Shown in pieces: positions 25,672-32,503 of a stretch of 38,688 nucleotides of DNA. The translations under genes and the position numbers were made by a program. How positions within the stretch are numbered: the first letter of the stretch is position 1; each line of letters starts with the position of its first letter. The DNA lies in assembly GCA_964560645.1 (NCBI GenBank), contig CAZLMS010000001.1, positions 1 through 38,688 of the forward strand. The letters are read 5' to 3'. This DNA comes from an uncultured Flavobacteriales bacterium (GTDB lineage Bacteria > Bacteroidota > Bacteroidia > Flavobacteriales_G > NORP312). The notes beneath the pieces are model-generated. The model saw nothing but the letters and a program-made list of their open reading frames with translations. It was not told where the DNA came from and did not search any database.

Positions 25672-28358
25672 TGAAAAGAAGCAAGGCCATATATTTTTTC
25701 GTTTTGTTTTTTTATTGCCTTTCTACAAAATCTTGGAGTCAAATACAAATTGGCGGTGACCGGGATATAGATTACAGCACCCCAAAAACATATACCATAG
25801 GAGGGATAACCGTTTCCGGGAAAAACAGATTCGACCCCGATGCCATTATTATGATTTCCGGCTTGTCGGTAGGAGAATCCATAGACATTCCCGGAGAAAA
25901 AATATCAAATGCTATCCGGAATTTATGGAAGCAAAACCTTTTTAGTGATGTGCGAATATCTTTGGTAAGAACAGAGGGGAGTACAGCTTTTTTAGATATT
26001 TATTTAGTAGAGCAACCCCGGTTATCCAAGTTTAAGTTTAACGGTGTTACGAAGAACGAAGCTGACGAAATTAGAAAAGATATTCAGCTTTATCGTGAAA
26101 AAATCGTAACCGAAAACCTTGTTCAAACCACGCAAAACAAAGTTAGAGAGTATTTTATAGACAAAGGGTTTTACAAAGCTCAAGTTAAAGTGAAACAAGT
26201 GCCGGATACGCTTACCATGAATCATGTAATCTTAATCATAGATGTTAAAAAAGGCAAAAAAGTTAAAATCAAAGAAATCATAATAGACGGAAACACCCAT
26301 TTTTCCGATGCGGCGATTAAGCGGTTTATGAAAGACACTAAAGAAAAGTCTCATTTCGTGCCGTTTAAAGAATTGGACACTTTGTTGGTTTCCACAGTGA
26401 AAAACATGTTGAAACTCAACGGTAAACAAGTGCTTTCAAACTTTAGCATTTATGCTCAGGAAAACATGCGATTAAAAATATTCAAAACGTCCAAATTTTT
26501 AAAGGAAAATCTTCGGAAAGACAAAAAAAACATCATTGAAAAATATAACGCCAAAGGATTTAGAGATGCTAAAATTGTAAAAGATTCAATATATTACGCC
26601 GATGACGGTAATATGATTATCTATTTAAAAATAGCCGAAGGTAACAAATATTATTTCCGAAATATCAATTTTACGGGTAACACCAAGTATTCCGATAAAA
26701 TTTTAAGCGATATTTTGGGAATAGAAAAAGGAGACGTATTTAATCAAAAACTGCTGGACACAAGATTGTATATGAATCCTAACGGACGTGACATCAGTTC
26801 TTTGTATATGGATGACGGGTATTTGTTTTTTCAAGTAACGCCTATCGAAGTTTTGGTGGAAAATGACTCTATTGATTTGGAAATCAGAATATATGAAGGC
26901 AACCAAGCTACAATTAACAGGGTAACCGTTTCCGGAAACACCAAAACCAACGACCACGTAATTGTGCGGGAAATAAGAACCCGCCCGGGAGATTTGTTTA
27001 AACGTTCCGACATTATACGGACTCAAAGAGAATTAGCTCAATTGGGATATTTCGATGCGGAAAAGCTCAACGTTGTGCCAACTCCCAATCCCGCTACATC
27101 TACCGTAGATGTAGAATATCAGGTGGCGGAAAAATCATCTGACCAAATAGAACTTTCCGGCGGATGGGGCGGAGGTCGTTTGGTGGGAACGCTCGGAGTT
27201 TCTTTTAATAATTTTTCTCTCAAAAATATCGGTAACAAAAAAGCATGGCAACCTTTACCCTCGGGCGACGGTCAAAAATTGAGTATCAGAGCGCAGTCGA
27301 ACGGCGTGTATTATCAATCGTATAATTTCTCTTTTACCGAACCTTGGCTTGGCGGTAAAAAACCCAATGCATTTAGTTTAACGGCTTATCACTCGGTGCA
27401 AACCAACGGACAAACCAAATATTTGCGAGATGAAAATAACAAAGTGGTAAGAGATGATGAAGGTAATAAAGTTGAAAATACTTTACGTCAGGATGTGAAA
27501 ATTACCGGAGTGTCGATAGGTTTGGGTAAAAGGTTGCGTTTTCCCGACGACTATTTCACATTGTATCAAGAAGTAAGCTATCAGCATTATGATATGAATC
27601 AATGGCAATATTTTTTATTTACCGACGGGGTTTCCAATAATTTGTATTATTCGGTAAAAATTTCGCGAAATTCCATAGACCAACCCATATATCCCCGAAC
27701 AGGCTCGCAGTTCTCTTTAAGTTTGCAACTTACACCTCCGTATTCTTTGTTTGACGACAGATTTACCAAAGAAAACATCCCGAACCTTACCAGCCAGGAA
27801 AAATATCGTTGGATAGAATACCACAAGTGGAAAATTACTTCTTCGTGGTTTACCCAATTGGTGGGCAATTTGGTTTTAAACACCAGAGTAGGCTACGGAT
27901 TTTTAGGCTCGTATAACAAGTATTTAGGTTCAGCGCCTTTTGAACGTTTCAACTTGGGAGGAAGCGGACTATCTACCGGAGGTTCTTTCGGGTTTTTATT
28001 GGGAAGGGAAATTATCGCCTTACGCGGATATGATGACGAAAGTGTTTCTCCGCAGTCGGGTGCGCCTTTTATCGGGAAATATACAGTCGAGTTGCGATAT
28101 CCGTTTTCATTAAACCCCAGTGCCACCATATACGGATTGGCATTTGTAGAAGCAGGAAATACATGGATAAATATTAAAGACTTTAATCCCTTTAATGTAA
28201 AACGTTCTGCAGGTGTGGGTATTAGAATATTTTTACCCATGTTTGGAATGCTCGGCTTGGATTGGGGTTACCGTTTTGATGATACACCGGAATATCGTCC
28301 GCAGAGCAAACGCCATCAAATCCATTTTACTATTGGAACCAATATCGGGAATTTGTAG
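25668..28358 (+). CDS. bamA: outer membrane protein assembly factor BamA
   Basis: 896 aa with a signal peptide, five POTRA-like repeats and a C-terminal Omp85 barrel (RGYD......G......E.R.P........G..F.EAGN.W, terminal FTIG). Overlaps the uppS stop. Confidence 0.92.
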   Translation: MMKRSKAIYFFVLFFYCLSTKSWSQIQIGGDRDIDYSTPKTYTIGGITVSGKNRFDPDAIIMISGLSVGESIDIPGEKISNAIRNLWKQNLFSDVRISLVRTEGSTAFLDIYLVEQPRLSKFKFNGVTKNEADEIRKDIQLYREKIVTENLVQTTQNKVREYFIDKGFYKAQVKVKQVPDTLTMNHVILIIDVKKGKKVKIKEIIIDGNTHFSDAAIKRFMKDTKEKSHFVPFKELDTLLVSTVKNMLKLNGKQVLSNFSIYAQENMRLKIFKTSKFLKENLRKDKKNIIEKYNAKGFRDAKIVKDSIYYADDGNMIIYLKIAEGNKYYFRNINFTGNTKYSDKILSDILGIEKGDVFNQKLLDTRLYMNPNGRDISSLYMDDGYLFFQVTPIEVLVENDSIDLEIRIYEGNQATINRVTVSGNTKTNDHVIVREIRTRPGDLFKRSDIIRTQRELAQLGYFDAEKLNVVPTPNPATSTVDVEYQVAEKSSDQIELSGGWGGGRLVGTLGVSFNNFSLKNIGNKKAWQPLPSGDGQKLSIRAQSNGVYYQSYNFSFTEPWLGGKKPNAFSLTAYHSVQTNGQTKYLRDENNKVVRDDEGNKVENTLRQDVKITGVSIGLGKRLRFPDDYFTLYQEVSYQHYDMNQWQYFLFTDGVSNNLYYSVKISRNSIDQPIYPRTGSQFSLSLQLTPPYSLFDDRFTKENIPNLTSQEKYRWIEYHKWKITSSWFTQLVGNLVLNTRVGYGFLGSYNKYLGSAPFERFNLGGSGLSTGGSFGFLLGREIIALRGYDDESVSPQSGAPFIGKYTVELRYPFSLNPSATIYGLAFVEAGNTWINIKDFNPFNVKRSAGVGIRIFLPMFGMLGLDWGYRFDDTPEYRPQSKRHQIHFTIGTNIGNL

Positions 28359-28385
28359 CAGATTGAGTTTGTTAAAAGGATAAAA

Positions 28386-29009
28386 TTAGCGGGTTGCGGA
28401 ATGATTTAAATCATGTTCCGGACAATCTATTTTCAACTCATTATCAGCAAGAGTCTTATTCAATAGATTACAAAAATGTTCTTGTTTGTGTTCTTGAAAT
28501 TGATAATAGATACAGGTAAAACACATTCGCTGAATACTAATAATTCCTAATTGGTTAAGATGATAAATGATATTAAGCAATGCTGAAAACAGGTTTTCTT
28601 TGGAAGAAAGAGGTAGTCTTTCAATTGAATGTTGTATTTCTTGTGCGAAGAAAGACATTTCTTCAGCAACGCTTTTCCCTTTAGAAGTTAAATGAATAAG
28701 ATAGCTTCTGGTGTCATCTTTACCAGGCTCTTTTATGATTAATTTTTTTTGTTCAAGAGTTTTTATAGTATTGCTTATTGTAGCTTTGGTTACATTAAGC
28801 TCATTTGCTAAATAACTGACTTTTCTTTTGTCTGAGGTATGATACCGAAGAAATATTAATATTTGAGCTTGAATGGGAGTAACAGACAAGTTTTTCCCTT
28901 TGCTCCAAAGTAAAACCTTAAATGCTTGTGAAATGCGTTCTAATGAAGCAACAATTTTACTTTCATTACTTTCATTTTGATGAATTAAGTCAAAGGCTGA
29001 TTTTGTCAT
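28386..29009 (-). CDS. MarR-family winged-helix regulator with a C-terminal four-Cys/His extension
   Basis: 207 aa. wHTH core (LSVTPIQAQILIFL......KRKVSYLANELNVTKATISNTIKTLEQKKLI.KE....D.R.YLI.LT.KG). The only four Cys lie in the tail: C163-x2-C166-x13-C180-x15-C196-x2-H199. Confidence 0.8.
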   Translation of the reverse strand: MTKSAFDLIHQNESNESKIVASLERISQAFKVLLWSKGKNLSVTPIQAQILIFLRYHTSDKRKVSYLANELNVTKATISNTIKTLEQKKLIIKEPGKDDTRSYLIHLTSKGKSVAEEMSFFAQEIQHSIERLPLSSKENLFSALLNIIYHLNQLGIISIQRMCFTCIYYQFQEHKQEHFCNLLNKTLADNELKIDCPEHDLNHSATR

Positions 29010-29272
29010 TAATTACAATTTTCAATTTCGTAAATATAATAACCTTTTTGTTTGATATGTGTTTCCCATTCATGTTTTAAGTTTTCAATATGGCAAAATT
29101 TACATTCTCTTGAACTTAGAGATACATCTTTTAATCCTTTGCTTTTTAAATATTCTTTTCCATAATTATAAATTACGGATGGATCGTTTATAGTTGTAGG
29201 AACTATAATATCAAAATGCATTACATTCCCGTCTTTTTTGGTTACATAAGTGTCATAAACTGCTATTTTCAT
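29009..29272 (-). CDS. DUF2024-like small protein with a CxxCH motif
   Basis: 87 aa: MKIAVYDTYV.KKDG.VMHFDI.VP ... ECKFCHIE ... GYYIYEIENC. The family name comes from my memory of PF09630-type sequences. Its stop overlaps the MarR ATG (TAATG). Confidence 0.65.
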   Translation of the reverse strand: MKIAVYDTYVTKKDGNVMHFDIIVPTTINDPSVIYNYGKEYLKSKGLKDVSLSSRECKFCHIENLKHEWETHIKQKGYYIYEIENCN

Positions 29273-29307
29273 TTTTTATATTTTTTAGTTGATGAATAAT
29301 GAAAATG

Positions 29308-29365
29308 AGGGATAGCTTTACCTGCAGGAGCAATAAATATCGTTATGTGGCAATTAGCTATCCCT
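29308..29365. repeat. perfect 10-bp inverted repeat AGGGATAGCT ... AGCTATCCCT with a 38-nt spacer containing a CCTGCAGG palindrome
   Basis: Read directly from the sequence. It lies in the 107-bp gap between the protoglobin stop and the DUF2024 start. Confidence 0.5.
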
Positions 29366-29379
29366 GTTTACTAATATTT

Positions 29380-29961
29380 TTAGAACTCTCCTTTGTTAAT
29401 ATAAGGATAGGTCCATAAGATTGCTGTAAGTGTAACTGCTTTGAACCACGCATTGTACATGCCTTCCACGTCTGAATCGGAATGTCCTTTTTTGGCTAAA
29501 AACGGTTTAATTGTAGTTGTGATGGGATAGATAAATGTTATCATATAACGATAGTGGACTATTGGAGCTGTGTCTACTCCGTCTGTTTGGTTTTTCTTAG
29601 TGCTATGATGTCGTTTGGCAATTTCATACTGATAATCGAGCCATTTTTGATCATACGGTTTTTGGCATAAATCCATAATCCACTGTCCGAACCTTGCTCT
29701 TACAGCAGATAGGTACTCTGTATTAGGTTGTCCGTTTTTGGAGAAATAATATAACAAATGATCATGACTTCCTACATATCCGTACCATAAATCCAACACT
29801 TCTTCCACTTGGTCTTTTAAAACTTCTCCGGCCATTTTTAAATAGTGATCATCATCTTCTGACCAAAGTAAAGTCTTCTTTAGAAGAGTTAAATCTTCCA
29901 TAGTAACAGGCGATTGTTCTAATGTCGCCTTGCCATAGTCGTAACCTTTAATTGTTTCCAT
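29380..29961 (-). CDS. single-domain protoglobin (heme globin, PF11563-type)
   Basis: 193 aa. Near end-to-end resemblance to the M. acetivorans protoglobin as recalled: SPVTMEDL.LLKK, YLK.AGEVLKDQVEE.LD.WYG.VGSH.HLLYYF, RF..WI.D, YDQ.WLDYQYEI..RHH.TKKNQTD, YRY...FIYPIT...KPFLA.KGH, W.YPY...G.F. Confidence 0.85.
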   Translation of the reverse strand: METIKGYDYGKATLEQSPVTMEDLTLLKKTLLWSEDDDHYLKMAGEVLKDQVEEVLDLWYGYVGSHDHLLYYFSKNGQPNTEYLSAVRARFGQWIMDLCQKPYDQKWLDYQYEIAKRHHSTKKNQTDGVDTAPIVHYRYMITFIYPITTTIKPFLAKKGHSDSDVEGMYNAWFKAVTLTAILWTYPYINKGEF

Positions 29962-30008
29962 AGGGCATTGATTTTTTTGGTTATTAAAATATGTTTAACA
30001 TTTCTGCA

Positions 30009-30016
30009 CAAATATA
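30009..30016 (-). promoter_or_regulatory. candidate -7 box TATATTTG for the protoglobin operon
   Basis: The plus strand reads CAAATATA, 47 nt upstream of the protoglobin ATG at 29961. Confidence 0.4.
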
Positions 30017-30021
30017 AAAAA

Positions 30022-30036
30022 TAGTTAGCATAACTA
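30022..30036. promoter_or_regulatory. palindrome TAGTTA-GCA-TAACTA, candidate MarR operator
   Basis: Perfect 6-3-6 inverted repeat, 5 nt upstream of the candidate -7 box and therefore inside the promoter spacer. Confidence 0.35.
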
Positions 30037-30155
30037 ACAATATATGAAAAAATTTTTTAACCGTAAAAACGAAAGGAGAACTCGGTTTTTTGAAAAAATT
30101 GATAATTTTCAATTGCAAGAAAATGGTGAGATAATTAGTAAAATTGTTTTATTCC

Positions 30156-30174
30156 CGGAGATAGAGGGAGATAG
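30156..30174. repeat. tandem direct repeat GGAGATAGA-G-GGAGATAGA
   Basis: Read directly from the sequence. It lies in the 254-bp spacer between the LOG stop and the protoglobin promoter. Confidence 0.4.
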
Positions 30175-30215
30175 AATTTGTAGAATGGAATAATGGTGAT
30201 TTTTTGGAAAAGCGT

Positions 30216-30980
30216 TTAATTTTTCCTGTTCTCTCCCAAAATTTTATAGGGCTTGAATTTTTTTCGTTTGTTAAGTTTGAATTTTTTCACGGCATTTTCT
30301 ATTAAGAAATTTTTGGTTTCTTCTATGCTGTCGGTAAACAAGAACAAATTTTTATCTTCTTCGTCTATGGTACCTTCTTGAGCCATTTTTTCTACATGCT
30401 TGTATAGATGCTCGTAAAACTCCGTTCCGAAAATTACTACGGGAAAAGGCTTTATTTTATTGGTTTGAATAAGTGTTAAACATTCAAAAAGTTCATCGAG
30501 CGTACCATATCCTCCGGGGAAAATTACAAATCCGTAAGAGTATTTAGTGAGCATTACTTTTCGCACAAAAAAATAATGGAAATTCAGCCATTTGTCTAAA
30601 TACGGATTGGGTTTTTGTTCGTGGGGTAAAATAATATTGCACCCGACAGTTTTTCCTCCAACTTGTTTTGCACCTCTGGGAGCAGCTTCCATAATACCCG
30701 GTCCGCCGCCGGTCATCACGGTTAAACCTAATTCGGCAATGATTTTTCCTACTTCTTCGGCTTTTTGATAATAGAAATCGGTTGCTTTTAGACGGGCAGA
30801 ACCGTACACGGTAATACAAGGACCTACAAAATGCAACATTCTGAAAGCCCGGATAAATTCTTTAAAAACAGCCAAAGCAAAATTAAAGTCTTGCAAACGT
30901 CCTTGAGGACCTTCCAAAAACTTTTTTTCTTCTTTAGAGGGCTTTCCGTAAAGTTTGTGTATAAATTGGTAGTCTTTCAT
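30216..30980 (-). CDS. LOG family (TIGR00730) nucleotide phosphoribohydrolase
   Basis: GGGPGIMEA and PGGYGTLDELFE (PGGxGTxxE) motifs. 254 aa. Confidence 0.9.
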   Translation of the reverse strand: MKDYQFIHKLYGKPSKEEKKFLEGPQGRLQDFNFALAVFKEFIRAFRMLHFVGPCITVYGSARLKATDFYYQKAEEVGKIIAELGLTVMTGGGPGIMEAAPRGAKQVGGKTVGCNIILPHEQKPNPYLDKWLNFHYFFVRKVMLTKYSYGFVIFPGGYGTLDELFECLTLIQTNKIKPFPVVIFGTEFYEHLYKHVEKMAQEGTIDEEDKNLFLFTDSIEETKNFLIENAVKKFKLNKRKKFKPYKILGENRKN

Positions 30981-31738
30981 TGATTGAGATTTGTGTGATT
31001 GTTGTCATTGTTTTTCTTAGTGATGTGATAGTGTACTTTTACATGCGGATTATGATGATGAGGTTCTTTCGGATGAGGTTTTCCGTCTTCATATTCTTCG
31101 TCGCCGTCATCTTCCAATTCCCATTCATATACAGGTTTTTGCGGACCTTCTTTTCTGAAATAATAAGCCAATATCAACCCGGCTACAAATCCGTAAAAAT
31201 GAGCTTCAAAAGAAATCTCTTTTTTGAGTGGAAAAATTCCCCAAATCATGCTGCCGTATAAAAATACGACTAATAAAGAAATAGCGATGAGTTTGTAGTA
31301 TTTTCTGAAAATTCCGCTGAAAAAAATAAAAGAAGCTAATCCGTACACAATTCCGCTGGCTCCGATGTGGTAAGAAGGTCGTGCCAAAGCCCATAGCCAC
31401 AATCCGCTCATAAGCCAAATCCAAAAAAATATTTTAACAGCCACGGGTTTGTAGAAATAAAACAGCACACTGCCTAAAATTAAAACAGGAACAGTGTTAT
31501 TGATAAGATGATTCCAACTTCCGTGAATAAAAGGAGCAGTAATAATGTGAATTAAACTTTCCGGATTTCTCGGATAAATTCCCCATTTGTAAAAGTCGGA
31601 ATATTCCGGTTCAATGATTTTTACAGTCCACATAATTGCTGCAAACAATAAAGGAAGCCAAAAGTCTTGGATTTTTATTTTACGGGCGTGTGTGTTTGAT
31701 TTATGCATCTTGTTGTTTAGATTCTTCCCAAATAACAT
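30977..31738 (-). CDS. rhomboid family intramembrane serine protease with an acidic/His-rich C-terminal tail
   Basis: WNHLINN (TM2 H..N), GASGIVYGL (catalytic Ser), and AHFYGFVAG (catalytic His). The alternative ATG at 31708 would cut the overlap with mazG from 38 to 8 nt. Confidence 0.85.
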   Translation of the reverse strand: MLFGKNLNNKMHKSNTHARKIKIQDFWLPLLFAAIMWTVKIIEPEYSDFYKWGIYPRNPESLIHIITAPFIHGSWNHLINNTVPVLILGSVLFYFYKPVAVKIFFWIWLMSGLWLWALARPSYHIGASGIVYGLASFIFFSGIFRKYYKLIAISLLVVFLYGSMIWGIFPLKKEISFEAHFYGFVAGLILAYYFRKEGPQKPVYEWELEDDGDEEYEDGKPHPKEPHHHNPHVKVHYHITKKNNDNNHTNLNQ

Positions 31739-32480
31739 TCATTTCGTCTAAGCTCATAGCGTGTAAGTCTTTGCTTTTCTCTTTTACTTTTTGTTCCAGA
31801 TACTGAAAACGTTTAATAAATTTTTTATTCGTTTTTTCTAAAGCATCCTCAGGATTTACACCAATAAATCTTGCATAATTGATTAAAGCAAAGAATACAT
31901 CGCCCAACTCTTGTTCCATAGATTTTTTGTCCGACTGTTTTACGGCTTGCTGCAATTCGTTAATTTCTTCCAAGACTTTTTCCCATACTTGCGAAGCATT
32001 TTCCCAATCAAATCCTACGCCTTTTACCTTTTCTTGAATGCGGTTGGCTTTTACCATGGCGGGAAGAGATTGCGGAACACCTTCCAACACCGATTTTTTA
32101 CCTTCTTTCAGTTTTAATTTTTCCCAGTTTCTTTTTACTTCTTCTTCGGTATCGGCTTTTGTGTTTCCATATATGTGCGGATGTCGGGTTATAAGTTTAT
32201 CACAAACGGTGTTAAGTACATCTGCCACATCAAATTGTTGCTGCTCTTCGGCAATTTTAGCGTAAAAAACCAAATGCAAAAACAAGTCTCCCAGTTCTTC
32301 TTTAATAGCGTTAAAATCTTCATTAAGTATTGCATCCGAAAGCTCGTAAACTTCTTCAATAGTAAGGTATCTGAGCGATTGAATAGTTTGTTTTTTATCC
32401 CAAGGGCATTTGGCTCTTAAGTCATCCATAATATTCAGCAATCGCTCAAAAGCTTGAAGTTTGGCGGAGATACTGTTCAT
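31701..32480 (-). CDS. mazG: nucleoside triphosphate pyrophosphohydrolase MazG
   Basis: 259 aa tandem MazG domains: CPWD..QT..SL...T.EE.YEL.DAI, EELGDL.LHLVFYA; second unit EE..EL, ELGD.FFAL.NYAR. Confidence 0.9.
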   Translation of the reverse strand: MNSISAKLQAFERLLNIMDDLRAKCPWDKKQTIQSLRYLTIEEVYELSDAILNEDFNAIKEELGDLFLHLVFYAKIAEEQQQFDVADVLNTVCDKLITRHPHIYGNTKADTEEEVKRNWEKLKLKEGKKSVLEGVPQSLPAMVKANRIQEKVKGVGFDWENASQVWEKVLEEINELQQAVKQSDKKSMEQELGDVFFALINYARFIGVNPEDALEKTNKKFIKRFQYLEQKVKEKSKDLHAMSLDEMNVIWEESKQQDA

Positions 32481-32503
32481 TGTTTTAAATTTGGGCTGTA
32501 TTT

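Noticed and set aside
30044-30133. 29-aa plus-strand ORF (MKKFFNRKNERRTRFFEKIDNFQLQEMVR) in the protoglobin upstream spacer
   Set aside because: It is very short, overlaps the candidate promoter/operator of the opposite strand, has no -7 box of its own, and has no recognisable family. It is most likely chance in A-rich DNA.
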